A DNA stretch of 64,000 bases from an uncultured Alphaproteobacteria bacterium (GCA_963816235.1 CAWFKD010000011.1:11069-75068); one strand, 5' to 3'. Positions 27,786-38,916 are shown, numbered from the stretch's first letter. The notes: generated from the letters alone by a model not told the origin. A program made the numbers and translations.

Positions 27786-30732
27786 CTACTCGATCAGCCG
27801 TTTCCACCAGCCGCGGCGCGGCGGTTCCGACGATGAGGGCGCTCCGGAAATCTCCGGCCGGTCTTCGTCGATGTCGGCGTCTCGCGCGCGCGGTGCCGGC
27901 GTGTCGATTGCCTTCGGCGGCAGTTCCTCGGTCCGGCGAAGTTCGGGCGGCGGCGAGAATTGCATCCGCGGCTCCGCCGGCTCGACGCGTTCGATCGATT
28001 GTTGCGGAACCGAGTTCGAACTATCGGCTTCGCCATGCCGTTCCGGATCCCGGTCGCCGGCCGCGGGCTCCTGGCCCGTGACACTTTCATGCCGCGGCTC
28101 CTGGCCGTTGGTGCCCTCGGCGGAGTCGCCAAAACGCTCGCCACCCCGGCGCCGGCGCCGGCCGCCGCGGCGGCCACGCCGCCGCCGCCGCCGTTCGCCG
28201 TTTTCGCCGGGCGGACCGGCATCCCGTGGCGCACCGCCTTCAGACGGCGCTTGGTCGCCATCGCCCTGAGGCTCGAAATCATCCGCCTCTTCGTTTTCGC
28301 CGCTATCGCCGGCGCCCTCTTCAGGCGCGGCGGCATGTCGGTTTTCGTCCCGTGGCTGCTGCCGCTGGCTGTCATCCCCATGGCCGCGCTGACCGTCGCG
28401 GGGACCATCCCGCTGGCCATCCCGGCCACGGCCCCTGCGGCGGCGGCGGCGGCCGCGGCGGGCGCCCTGTTCGTCGGCCGGTGCCCGTGCAGCCATCGGC
28501 TCGGGCGTTCCTTCCTCGGCAACGGCAGGTTCGCTGCTTTCCTCGGCCACTTCGTCTTCTACTTCTTCGTCCTCAAGCGGCATTTCCGGCAGGGAAACCG
28601 TGACCTTGGCTTCCGGCACGGGAATCGGCGTCTTGCTGCGCTCCATCCGATGCTCGGGCGGCACCAGACTTTCGTCGGCGGCGATGGTGACGCGCATATG
28701 ATGGCGGACTTCGATCTCCGCCAGCGCGGCCCGCTTGTTGTTGAGGATGTAGAGCGCGACTGCCGTCGGCACCGTCACCGTTACGCCGGTGCTCCGTTGC
28801 TTCAGGCCTTCGTCCTCGATCGCGCGCAGCATGTACAGCGCCGTGGATTCCGTGGACCGCACATGACCGGTGCCGCGGCAATGGCGGCAGGTCACCATGC
28901 TGGCCTCGAACAGGCTCGGCCGCAGGCGCTGGCGTGACAGTTCCAGCAGGCCGAACGGGCTGATGCGCCCCACTTGGATGCGCGCCCGGTCGTTGCGCAG
29001 CGCTTCCTTGAGCTTGCGCTCGACCGGCGGCGTTGTTGCGCAACTCCTCCATGTCGATGAAGTCGATGACGATCAGGCCGGCGAGATCGCGCAGGCGCAA
29101 TTGCCGCGCCACTTCCTCCGCTGCTTCCAGATTGGTGCGCAGCGCCGTTTCCTCGATGTTGCGTTCCCTCGTCGAGCGGCCGGAGTTGACGTCGATCGCG
29201 ACCAGCGCCTCCGTCGTGTTGATGACGATGTAGCCGCCGGAGCGCAGCTGCACGACCGGATTGTGGATGGCGTCGATCTGGCCTTCGACCTGGAACTTCT
29301 GGAACAGATGCTGCGCCGGATCCTCGAACAGCTGCACCCTCTTGGCATGGGAGGGCATGAGCATGCGCATGAAGTTCTTGGCGTTCTTATAGCTTTCGTC
29401 GCCTTCGACCAGGATCTCCTCGACATCGCGCGCATACATGTCGCGGATGGCGCGTTTCACCAGGTTGGCCTCTTCGTAGATCAAGGCCGGCGCGCGGGAT
29501 TGCAGCGTAAGTTCGCGGATTTCATCCCAGAGCCGCAGCAGATATTCGTAGTCGCGCTTCAGCTCGGTTTTGTTGCGCTCCTGTCCCGCCGTGCGCACGA
29601 TGACAGCCATGCCGTCGGGAATTTCCATCTCGCCGAGGATGGATTTCAGGCGCTTGCGGTCGGTGACGCTGTTGATCTTGCGCGAGATGCCGCCGCCGCG
29701 GGCGGTATTCGGCATCAGCACGCAATAGCGGCCGGCCAGCGACAGATAGGTGGTGAGGGCGGCGCCCTTGTTGCCCCGCTCCTCCTTCGTCACCTGCACC
29801 AGCAGGATCTGCCGGCGCTTGATGACTTCCTGGATCTTGTAGCGCCGGACATGCCGGGTGCGGCGCGGCCGCATTTCCTCGGCCTCGTCGCCGCCGACGG
29901 TCTCGACCACCACGGGCGGGCGAGGGGCTTCGCGGACGCTGCCGCTATCGGACGAAACCTCCGCTGCATCGCCGTCGCCGTCGCCATCACCACCGGCACC
30001 GGGCGCTGCGGACTCGGCAGCGGCCTCTGCCGCCGGTTCGTCCTGGGCTTCGCCGGCGCCTTCGATAATTTCCGCTACTTCGTGATGTTCATCGTGCAAA
30101 TCTTCGATAACCGGACCTTCGAGGCGCGGCGACGAAATAAGCAAGGCCTGGCCCTGCAGTTCGTCATCCTCGGAAGCCATGTCCGGCTCAGCGGTGATGG
30201 CCTCGGCAATGTCTTCGGCGGAGTCGTCCGCCGCCTCGTCGCCGCCTTCATCCTCGCCGTCGTCGGCGCTGGCTTCGATATCGGGCCCTTCCGTTGCGGG
30301 CTCATCCTGGTGCTCATGCACGCCGTCATCCTGAGCATCGTCAGTCGCCGGCATCATCTCGGCAGGCGCGCCGGAATTGCGATCGCGATCCCGATCGCGC
30401 CTGCGGCTCGGGCGGGCGTCTTCGAACTCGTCGTTGTCGGCATCCATCGCCGCCTGCTCGGCAAGCAGCGCCTCGCGGTCGGCGACCGGGATCTGGTAGT
30501 AGTCGGGATGGATTTCGGAGAACGCCAGGAAGCCATGGCGGTTGCCGCCATAGTCCACAAAGGCCGCCTGCAGCGACGGCTCGACGCGCGTCACCTTGGC
30601 GAGATAGATATTGCCCTTAAGCTGTCGCTTGCTGGCTGTTTCGTAATCAAACTCTTCGAGACGCTTGCCGTCGACCACCACAACCCGTGTCTCCTCCGGG
30701 TGGGTGGCTTCGATCAAAAGACGCTTTGTCAT
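27786..30732 (-). pseudogene. rne: ribonuclease E, one extra base at ~29024 (likely sequence error)
   Basis: N-terminus MTKRLLIEATHPEETRVVVVDG and S1/catalytic core. The frame breaks at DFIDMEELRNNAA, and the next frame continues VERKLKEALRNDRARIQVGRISPFGLLELSRQRL. The C-terminal tail has patterned Arg-rich and acidic blocks. Confidence 0.9.
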
Positions 30733-31214
30733 TATTGTGAAACTCCAAACCGCGTCCGGCGCGCGTGGCTATCCAGCCCCGCGGCGGCGCGACAATCTTG
30801 TCAATGTTACAGGCGACGATCATGCGCACCCGTCAGATGAAGGCGGCGCTTGCGGCGCACGCCTGAAAACGTCACTCGCGGTGCAGCCGGAACCTGCGTT
30901 CCTTCGCACCGCCACTCCCGCCAAGCCGGATATCGCGCTCTGTTATCGAGCGTTTCGGTCCTTCCCCGGGGATTTGTCGTGGCCGGCACCCGCCTTGGCG
31001 GGCCGACCTGAACGGCCGGGGAACGAACCGGAAATGAAATCAGGCGAACACAGGTAGGCCATCATAAACCGTTCGTTAGATACCTCTCAATAACCATTCC
31101 CGGCTAGAATGCGCCGTGGTTAAGGCCAATGGTTAACGAAATTGGTAAATTTTCCGCTGTCGGAGGCATTTTTCTATAGACAGCAATAGGTTGGCAAAAG
31201 TATATCGTTCAGAC

Positions 31215-32717
31215 ATGCTAAAGTTGATCGCCAAGTTACTGGATTCACGCCTAGTTCTGGGATTGGCCATTGCCTTGATGGCCGCCGGGACCGCGCAGGG
31301 ATCGGAGGTCCGGGCCGTCCGGCTGGGCGTCCATGCCGATCACACGCGCCTGGTGCTGGATCTTTCGGCGCCAACTCAGTTCACGGTGACCGACAAATCG
31401 GCGGACAGCCTGGTGATCGTCAAGCTTGCCGACGCCGCTTTGGCGCCAAAACTCCAGGCGGCATTGGCCGGCCAAGGGCTGGTCCGGGCCATCGACCTGG
31501 AGCCCCACGGCAAGGCCCTGGAAATCCGCGTGACTCTGGCGCCGGGGGCCGGCCTGCAGAGATACGATACGCTGGCGGCCGCGGGATCGAGCCCGGCGCG
31601 CGTATTCATGGACATCGTCCAGAAGGACGCCGCAGCTTCGGCCGCGCCGCAACCGGCGGTCGCTGAAGCGGCCCCGGAACCCGCAGCGGTTTCGACCAAG
31701 ACCGATACGGCGGCAGCAAAGCCGGAGCCTGTCCAAATCGCCTCCGCCGCGACCACCCTGCAAACAATGCGGGACCTGGTCGCCGCCGCGCTCAAGGCCG
31801 GCGAGGCAGAAGCCGCCGCGGCGTCTAACGCCGACACGGCAGCGGGCTCAGATGACATCGCGTCCCTGATACCGCCGAGCAAGCCGGAGGCGCCTGCCAC
31901 GGCCGCGGCCGGTAACACGGAACAGACCGCCACGGTGGAACCCGGCGCCGGCGTCACCCTGGCGGCGATGCCGGCCTACGGCGCGATGGTAATCCCGCCC
32001 ACCAAGCCAAAGTCCGGTGGCGCCAAGTTCCTGATCGCACTGGATGCCGGCCATGGCGGCAAGGATCCGGGCGCCACCGGCATCAACGGCACCGAGGAAA
32101 AGGACATCACCCTCAAGATGGCCCGCGAGTTGAAGGCGCTGCTCGAGGGAACGGGTAGGTACGACGTCCTGCTGGTGCGTGAGGACGATACCCTGATCCC
32201 GCTGCGCAAGCGGATCGAGATCGCCCGTCAGTCCGGCGCCGATCTCTTCATTTCGCTGCACGCCGATCATAACGACAATAAGCATCAGCGCGGCGCCTCG
32301 GTTTACACCCTGTCGGAAACCGCTTCCGACACCGAAGCGGCCGCCCTGGCGACCCGTGAAAACAAGGAAGACCTGATCACCGGCGTCGATCTCAGCCATC
32401 AGAGCCAGATGGTGACCAGCATCCTGATCGACCTGGCGCAGCGCGAGACCAAGAACCTGTCCGCCCGCTTTGCCAGCTATGTGACCAAGCAGCTCTCCAC
32501 CACCACGCGGATGGTCTACAGCTCGCACCGGTTCGCCGGTTTTGCCGTGCTGAAGTCGCCGGATGTGCCTTCGATCCTGGTGGAATTGGGCTATCTCTCC
32601 AATGAATTGGACGAGAAGGAGCTGGTCAGCAAGAAATACCGCGGCCGGATGGCCAAGGCGATCCTGCGGGCGATCGATCAATATGTCGACTGGCAGAAGG
32701 GCGTGAAGCCGTCCTAG
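31215..32717 (+). CDS. N-acetylmuramoyl-L-alanine amidase (AMIN + Amidase_3, AmiC-like)
   Basis: Signal peptide MLKLIAKLL...GTAQG, an Ala/Pro-rich linker, and catalytic LDAGHGGKDPGA ... FISLHAD. An upstream in-frame TTG at 31191 is also possible. Confidence 0.85.
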   Translation: MLKLIAKLLDSRLVLGLAIALMAAGTAQGSEVRAVRLGVHADHTRLVLDLSAPTQFTVTDKSADSLVIVKLADAALAPKLQAALAGQGLVRAIDLEPHGKALEIRVTLAPGAGLQRYDTLAAAGSSPARVFMDIVQKDAAASAAPQPAVAEAAPEPAAVSTKTDTAAAKPEPVQIASAATTLQTMRDLVAAALKAGEAEAAAASNADTAAGSDDIASLIPPSKPEAPATAAAGNTEQTATVEPGAGVTLAAMPAYGAMVIPPTKPKSGGAKFLIALDAGHGGKDPGATGINGTEEKDITLKMARELKALLEGTGRYDVLLVREDDTLIPLRKRIEIARQSGADLFISLHADHNDNKHQRGASVYTLSETASDTEAAALATRENKEDLITGVDLSHQSQMVTSILIDLAQRETKNLSARFASYVTKQLSTTTRMVYSSHRFAGFAVLKSPDVPSILVELGYLSNELDEKELVSKKYRGRMAKAILRAIDQYVDWQKGVKPS

Positions 32718-32832
32718 ACCGGACTTTCCGGCTCGGGAAAGGCCCCAGGCGGCAATTCCATTTGAGGCGGGCCTGCTGTATTAAAGCCATATTTCCGCGT
32801 GATTCTGTAATCCGCATCCCTGGGCCCCGATA

Positions 32833-35289
32833 ATGCGTCTCCTCGGTCGTATCGCCAGCGCGCTGTTCCTGCTCCTGCTCGTCGGGACGCTCGTCATTTA
32901 CCTGATCCTGCTGCGGATCAGTTCCGACCTGCCTGACTATCAACAGCTGGCCAACTACGAGTATCCCGTCGTGACCCGGGTCCTGGCCGGCGACGGCCGG
33001 CTGCTGGCGGAGTATTCCATCGAGAAGCGCGTCTATGTCCCCATCCGGGCTATCCCGCGGCGGGTGATCGATGCCTTCCTGGCGGCCGAGGACAAGACCT
33101 TCTACGAGCATCCGGGCATCGACGTGCCCGGTATCGTCAACGCCATCCTCATCAATGCCAAGAACCATCTCGGCGGCGGCGATCGCCGTCCGGTCGGCGC
33201 TTCGACAATCACCCAGCAGGTGGCGAAGAACTTCCTGCTGACGAACGAAGTCTCCTACGAGCGCAAGATCAAGGAGGCGATCCTCGCCTATCGCATCGAG
33301 CAGGCCTACAGCAAGGACCGCATCCTCGAGCTCTATCTGAACCAGATCTATCTGGGCCAGGGTTCCTATGGCGTGGCCGCGGCGTCGCTCGACTATTTCA
33401 ACAAGCGGCTCGATGAGCTGACGATCAGCGAGGCGGCTTATATCGCCGGCCTGCCGAAGGCGCCGGAAAACTACAACATGTTCCGCAAGCCTGCGGAAGC
33501 GAAAGGCCGGCGCGACTGGGTGATCGGGCGCATGCTGGAAGACGGCCGCATCTCCAAGGATGAGGCCATCGGCGCCAAGGAAGAGGCCCTGGTGTCGCGC
33601 AAGCGCGGCGAAGCCGAGGTGGTGCGCGCCGACTATTTCGCCGAGGAAGTGCGCCGCGAACTGATCAAGAATCCGGAGATCGGCGAAGACGGCCTCTACA
33701 AAGGCGGCCTCTATGTCCGTTCGACCCTGAATCCGAAATTCCAGGAGATCGCCGACCGCGTCCTGCGCGCCGGCCTGGTCCGCTATGACCTTCGCCATGG
33801 CTATCGCGGTCCGGTGGCCAAGATCGAGCTTGGCGAGGACTGGGCCATGAAACTGGCCGTCATTGCGCCGCCAGCCGATCTCTACGACTGGCGCCTCGCC
33901 GCTGTCCTGAGCGCCGATGACAAGGAAGCCAAGATCGGCCTTGCCGACAAGTCCGAAGGCACGATACCGCTCGCCGAGCTCAAATGGGCGCGCTTTGCCG
34001 AAGGCGGCAAGGTCGTTGGCAAGGCCATCGCCAAGGCCTCCGATGCCGTGCAGCCGGGCGATGTGGTGATCGTCGCCCTTATGCCGGCGAATGCCGAGGG
34101 CGAGGCCTATCCCGAGGGCACCTATGCACTCCGCCAGATCCCGGAGGTCAGCGGCGCCCTCGTGGCCATGGATCCCCATACCGGCCGAGTCCATGCGCTG
34201 ACCGGCGGCTGGAGCTACACCCAGAGCGAGTTCAACCGCGCCACCCAGGCGTTGCGCCAGCCCGGTTCGTCCTTCAAGCCGATCGTCTATCTGGCGGCGC
34301 TGGACAGCGGATTCACGCCGTCGACGGTCATCCTGGATGCGCCGATCACGCTGCCCCAGGGGCCCGGCCTGCCGGACTGGTCGCCGGAAAATTATGGCGG
34401 CGATTTCCTGGGTCCGACCACCATGCGCGTCGGCATCGAGAAATCCCGCAACCTGATGACTGTCCGCGTCGCCCAGGCGATCGGCATGCAGAAGGTGGTG
34501 GAATACGCCACGAAGCTCGGCGTCGTCGACCATATGGATCCTGTTCTATCGATGGCTCTCGGCGCCGGCGAAACCACGCCGCTGCGCATGGCCACCGCCT
34601 ATTCGATGATCGTCAATGGCGGCAAGAAGATCACCGCCACCTTCATCGACCGCATCCAGGACCGGCGCGGCCACACCCTGTTCCGCCATGACGATCGGGT
34701 CTGCGACTGCGTCGATCAGTCCTGGGCCGACCAAACAGCGCCGGTCATCCCGGACACCCGGCCGCAGGTGATCGATCCCGGCACCGCCTATCAGATGGTC
34801 TCCATTCTCGAGGGCGTGGTGCAGCGGGGAACCGCGACGATCGTCAAGCAGGTCGGCAAGCCGCTGGCCGGCAAGACCGGCACCACCAACGACAGCAAGG
34901 ATACCTGGTTCGTCGGCTTCTCGCCCGATCTCACCGTCGGCGTCTATATCGGCTTCGACAATCCGCGCAATCTCGGCGACAAGGAAACCGGCGGCGGGTT
35001 GGCGGCACCGATCTTCCGCGATTTCATGCTGGAGGCCCTGGCCGATCAGCCGGCCACACCGTTCCGCGTGCCCGCCGGCATCCGCCTGGTGCGCGTCGAT
35101 CTGAAGACCGGCCAACGGGCCAGCGGAACCGGGACGATCTTCGAGGCCTTCAAGCCGGGTACGGAGCCGAACGGCCAGGGCGTCGTCATCGGCGGCTCTG
35201 GCGACATGTTCGGCACCGGCGCCGTGGGTGGAACAACCGGCAGCGGCACCACGACGACTGCCCCCACGGGGACCGGCGGCTTGTACTGA
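32833..35289 (+). CDS. mrcA: penicillin-binding protein 1A (bifunctional transglycosylase/transpeptidase)
   Basis: EDKTFYEHPGID, GASTITQQ, GSSFKP, KTGTTN. The C-terminal tail is Gly/Thr-rich. Confidence 0.95.
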   Translation: MRLLGRIASALFLLLLVGTLVIYLILLRISSDLPDYQQLANYEYPVVTRVLAGDGRLLAEYSIEKRVYVPIRAIPRRVIDAFLAAEDKTFYEHPGIDVPGIVNAILINAKNHLGGGDRRPVGASTITQQVAKNFLLTNEVSYERKIKEAILAYRIEQAYSKDRILELYLNQIYLGQGSYGVAAASLDYFNKRLDELTISEAAYIAGLPKAPENYNMFRKPAEAKGRRDWVIGRMLEDGRISKDEAIGAKEEALVSRKRGEAEVVRADYFAEEVRRELIKNPEIGEDGLYKGGLYVRSTLNPKFQEIADRVLRAGLVRYDLRHGYRGPVAKIELGEDWAMKLAVIAPPADLYDWRLAAVLSADDKEAKIGLADKSEGTIPLAELKWARFAEGGKVVGKAIAKASDAVQPGDVVIVALMPANAEGEAYPEGTYALRQIPEVSGALVAMDPHTGRVHALTGGWSYTQSEFNRATQALRQPGSSFKPIVYLAALDSGFTPSTVILDAPITLPQGPGLPDWSPENYGGDFLGPTTMRVGIEKSRNLMTVRVAQAIGMQKVVEYATKLGVVDHMDPVLSMALGAGETTPLRMATAYSMIVNGGKKITATFIDRIQDRRGHTLFRHDDRVCDCVDQSWADQTAPVIPDTRPQVIDPGTAYQMVSILEGVVQRGTATIVKQVGKPLAGKTGTTNDSKDTWFVGFSPDLTVGVYIGFDNPRNLGDKETGGGLAAPIFRDFMLEALADQPATPFRVPAGIRLVRVDLKTGQRASGTGTIFEAFKPGTEPNGQGVVIGGSGDMFGTGAVGGTTGSGTTTTAPTGTGGLY

Positions 35290-35296
35290 CGCCCTG

Positions 35297-35325
35297 TTGA
35301 ATTTACTTAATCGTCTCTTCTATTT
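35297..35325 (+). promoter_or_regulatory. candidate sigma70-type promoter of prfB (TTGAAT-N17-CTATTT)
   Basis: The -35 and -10 hexamers have 17-nt spacing and lie 27 nt upstream of ATG 35352. They resemble the alphaproteobacterial CTTGAC-N17-CTATAT consensus. Confidence 0.4.
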
Positions 35326-35351
35326 GATCTCCGCTGCGGGGAACTCCGTTC

Positions 35352-36462
35352 ATGCGTGCCGAAACACAAACACTCGTCGATCAAATCCGCTCGTCGCTCT
35401 CGCTCCTGCGGAGGCATCTTTGACTGGGATAGCGCCGTCAAGCGCCTGGCGGAACTGAACGCCCGCGCCGAGGATCCCGATCTCTGGAACAAGCGGGCGG
35501 ATGCGCAGAAAGTGATGCGCGAACGCACCCATCTCGAAAATGCGATGAAGGCCTATCAGGGCCTGGAACGCGAGTTCGATGACTCGCTGACTCTGATCGA
35601 GCTGGGCGAGGCCGAAGGGGATCAAGCCGTCATCGGCGAGGCCGAGGCCGCGCTTAGGAACCTGCAGGCCCGCGCGGGCAAGCGCGAGCTGGAGAGCCTG
35701 CTGTCGGGCGAGGCCGATCACAGCGATTGCTACGTCGAAGTCAACGCCGGCGCCGGCGGCACCGAAGCGCAGGATTGGGCGGGCATCCTGGCGCGCATGT
35801 ATACGCGCTGGGCCGAGCAGCATGACAACAAGGTCGAGCTGATCGAAGAGAGCGCCGGCGAAGCGGCGGGGATCAAATCGCAGACCATCCGCGTCACCGG
35901 CGAGAATGCCTATGGCTGGCTGAAGACGGAGAGCGGCGTCCACCGGCTGGTGCGAATCTCGCCGTTCGACAGCCAGGCGCGGCGCCATACCAGCTTCGCC
36001 TCGGTCTGGGTCTATCCGGTGGTGGATGAGAACATCGACATCGAGATCAAGGAGTCCGATCTCAGCATCGACACCATGCGCGCCGGCGGCGCCGGCGGCC
36101 AGAACGTCAACAAGGTGGAAAGTGCCATACGCATTACCCACGTGCCCACGGGCATCGTGGTGAAGTCGCAGCAGGACCGCTCGCAGCATCGTAACCGCGC
36201 CATCGCCATGGCCATGCTGAAAGCCCGGCTCTACGAGATGGAACTGCAGAAGCGTGAAGCCGCTTCGGCCGCCACCGAGGCGACCAAGAGCGACATCGGC
36301 TGGGGGCACCAGATCCGCTCCTATGTGATGCAGCCCTATCAGATGGTAAAGGACCTGCGCACCGGCGTCGAAACCAGCAATATTCAGGGCGTACTCGACG
36401 GCGACCTCGATGAGTTCCTGTCGGCGTCCCTGGCGGCGCGGGTGGGAAACAAGCGGACCTAG
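35352..36462 (+). CDS. prfB: peptide chain release factor 2, expressed via programmed +1 frameshift at 35421
   Basis: Frame 0 reads [23 protein letters not shown] then TGA (35421-35423). Frame +1 continues [13 protein letters not shown]... through SPF and GGQ ([15 protein letters not shown]) to 36462. Confidence 0.92.
35410..35424 (+). other. prfB recoding site: internal SD-like GGAGG, 3-nt spacer, CTT TGA C
   Basis: The site reads GGAGG cat CTT TGA C. It has the same architecture as E. coli AGGGGG tat CTT TGA C. Confidence 0.9.
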
Positions 36463-36527
36463 TACTCCTTGTACATTGCCGTTGCGCTGCCCATTTCGAG
36501 GGGCAACGCTGCTGCAACCTGCGATCC

Positions 36528-36785
36528 ATGGCGATGCGACCCGAACTAAAGCGAGAACTGGAACGGCAAATCCGGCGTGAACGTTTCCGGCGCGGTATCG
36601 CGGTCGCGGCGCCGCTGGGGTTCGCCGCCGCCGCCCTCGGCGGTATCTCGCTGATGCGCGTCTATCATGGCGGCGTCTGGGTAGCGATGCCCCTGGCTCT
36701 CGCGGCAGTCGTCGCGAAGCCGCTGATATTCTTTTTTCACTCCCGCAGGAAACGGCGGCAGCGCGAAGACAGCGATCCCGATTAG
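36528..36785 (+). CDS. small two-TM hypothetical membrane protein
   Basis: 85-aa ORF with two hydrophobic segments and basic termini. The 3' end overlaps the kinase stop by 4 nt (convergent). Confidence 0.4.
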   Translation: MAMRPELKRELERQIRRERFRRGIAVAAPLGFAAAALGGISLMRVYHGGVWVAMPLALAAVVAKPLIFFFHSRRKRRQREDSDPD

Positions 36786-38197
36786 CTTCCCATCCGTGGA
36801 AGCGTCACGGTCGCCCGCAATCCGGTCCCGTTCCGGTTCGACAACAAGACATCGCCGCCATGGGCGTGGAATACAGTCCGGGCCACCGCCAATCCAAGCC
36901 CGGTGCCGCCGGTGTCTCGGCTGCGCGAAGAATCCAACCGGTAGAATGGCCTGAAGACCCGATCGAGCTGCTCGTCCGGGATGCCGGGCCCCTTGTCGTC
37001 GATGGTGACGACGATGTTGCGATCGTCGCCGCCCAAGGCGATCCGCGCCTCGCCGCCGTAACGCACCGCATTGTCGATCAGATTGGTGAAGCCGCGGCGC
37101 AACGCCACCGGCTGGGCGTCGACCAGGACCGGCGTCGGCGGCGGCTCCATGCTCAGCTTGGCCCGCGGGATGTCAGCACAAACAGCCTGCAGCAATTCGA
37201 CGAGATCGATACGCCGGCGCGGCTCCGGGTTGGCGTCCTCGCGGGCGAAGCTCAATGTGGAGGCGATCATCGTCTCCATTTCCGCCAGGTCGGCCAGCAT
37301 CTTCTGCTGCTGTTCGGATTCGCCGATCAGTTCGGCCCGCAGCCGCATCCGCGTGATCGGCGTGCGCAAGTCGTGGGAGATGGCGGCGATCATCCGCGTG
37401 CGGTCTTCGACGAAGCGGCGAATCCGCTCCTGCATGTCGTTGAAAGCGCGGATCGCCTGGATGACATCGGTGGCGCCGGCCTCCGGCAGGGGCGGGGCAT
37501 TGACGTTGCGTCCCAGCCGTTCCGCCGCCTGGGTCAGGGTACTGAGCGGCGCCGTCAGCAACCGGATACCGAGCACGGAAAGGCCGAGCACGATGATCAG
37601 CGTGACGAGAATAAGCGCAGTCGTGGCCGTCGACCAGGCCGGCACCGTTTCCACGTCGGGCGCGGCTATATTGACCCAGGTCCGATCCGCCAGTTGCAGC
37701 GAGATGACATACACGCCCTCGCCAGGATTCTGATCCAGTACATTGCGCATGCGGCCATGGACGTCATTGACCCGTTCACCGAACAAGGTGTCGAAGGTCC
37801 CGGTTCCCGCGAATGACCACGGCGCCGGGAAGTAGTCCGCTTCGATACCCAGCAATTCCAGGCCTTCATGCCGCTCGTCGATCACTTCGGCGATCAATTG
37901 TGCCCGGTCGTTCCTCGGCTTGTTCTTGTTGACCGCATTCCCCGGTTCCCAGGCGACGATCAGTCCTGATTTGCTGACGCCGACGGCGATCGCCGGGCGT
38001 TCTTCGAGCCGTAGCAGGCCGATTGCGCGGGTCACCGCGACGATGCGTTCGGCGATGCGCACATTCTCCAGCAGCAGCTGCGCTTCGCGCCGGCTGTCAT
38101 AGTGGATGGCGATTGTCACCGCCTGCGACACGCCGAGTCCGAGGACGATCAGCAGGATCAGCCAGCCGGCCATGCTGGTGGGCAGCAATCGCCTCAT
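36782..38197 (-). CDS. EnvZ/CpxA-type sensor histidine kinase
   Basis: The ATG at 38197 overlaps the regulator stop (ATGA). It has TM1, a ~150-aa periplasmic domain, TM2, HAMP, the H-box AAISHDLRTPITRM and an HATPase domain (DDKGPGIP, GGTGLGLA). The upstream ORF-track extension to 38713 is rejected. Confidence 0.85.
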   Translation of the reverse strand: MRRLLPTSMAGWLILLIVLGLGVSQAVTIAIHYDSRREAQLLLENVRIAERIVAVTRAIGLLRLEERPAIAVGVSKSGLIVAWEPGNAVNKNKPRNDRAQLIAEVIDERHEGLELLGIEADYFPAPWSFAGTGTFDTLFGERVNDVHGRMRNVLDQNPGEGVYVISLQLADRTWVNIAAPDVETVPAWSTATTALILVTLIIVLGLSVLGIRLLTAPLSTLTQAAERLGRNVNAPPLPEAGATDVIQAIRAFNDMQERIRRFVEDRTRMIAAISHDLRTPITRMRLRAELIGESEQQQKMLADLAEMETMIASTLSFAREDANPEPRRRIDLVELLQAVCADIPRAKLSMEPPPTPVLVDAQPVALRRGFTNLIDNAVRYGGEARIALGGDDRNIVVTIDDKGPGIPDEQLDRVFRPFYRLDSSRSRDTGGTGLGLAVARTVFHAHGGDVLLSNRNGTGLRATVTLPRMGS

Positions 38198-38916
38198 GAT
38201 TTCTGCACGGCCGGGGTGAATTGATAGCCGCCGCCGCGCACGGTGGCGATGATCTGCGGCGCCTTCGGATCGGCCTCGATCTTGCGCCGCAGGCGCATGA
38301 CCTGCACATCGATGCTGCGGTCGAATGGTATCGCGGCGCGGCCGCGGGCGAGATCCAGGAGTTGGTCCCGGTTCAGCACCCGCTGCGGATGGCGCAGGAA
38401 GGCGAGCAGCAGGTCGTACTCGCCCGTTGAAAGTTCGACCGGCTCGCCGCCGGGCGCGGTCAGCCGCCGTTGCGCTGTGTCCAGCGTCCAGCCGGCAAAT
38501 TGCAGGTTCTCGTTTTTCTCTTCCTTCGCGGCGACGGCGGGCCCGGCGCGCCGCAGCACGGCTTTGATCCGTGCCAGCAATTCCCGCGGGTTGAACGGCT
38601 TCGGCAGGTAGTCGTCGGCGCCGACTTCGAGCCCGACGATGCGGTCCGTCTCCTCGCCCATCGCCGTCAGCATGATCAGCGGCAGCGTTGAATTGGCGCG
38701 CAAGTCGCGGCACAGGCTGAGCCCGTCTTCGCCGGGCATCATGATGTCGAGGATGCCCAGGTCGATACGGGCATCCGCCAGGATGCGCCTTGCTTCGCGC
38801 GCATCCTTGGCGGTGCTGACGCGGTAGCCATGCTTGGCGAGGAAGCGGGACAACAGATCCCGGATCTCCCGGTCATCATCGACAATCAGCAGGTGGGGCG
38901 AAGTTTCCATCGTCAT
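38194..38916 (-). CDS. OmpR/CpxR-family response regulator
   Basis: 240 aa, collinear with E. coli OmpR: LLIVDDDREIRDLL, DIMMPGEDGLSLCRDLR, VGLEVGADDYLPKPFNPRELLARIKAVLRR, plus a winged-helix C-terminus. Confidence 0.9.
   Translation of the reverse strand: MTMETSPHLLIVDDDREIRDLLSRFLAKHGYRVSTAKDAREARRILADARIDLGILDIMMPGEDGLSLCRDLRANSTLPLIMLTAMGEETDRIVGLEVGADDYLPKPFNPRELLARIKAVLRRAGPAVAAKEEKNENLQFAGWTLDTAQRRLTAPGGEPVELSTGEYDLLLAFLRHPQRVLNRDQLLDLARGRAAIPFDRSIDVQVMRLRRKIEADPKAPQIIATVRGGGYQFTPAVQKS

Noticed and set aside
30733-31190. Specific promoter calls for rne and the amidase gene (CTATAG at ~31165)
   Set aside because: Candidate -10 hexamers lack a convincing -35 partner at 16-18 nt on either strand. 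Only the general statement about a long upstream region is retained.
36782-38713. 643-aa version of the histidine kinase
   Set aside because: The upstream 170 codons are an off-frame read through the response-regulator gene. ATG 38197 (ATGA overlap) precedes the first TM helix.
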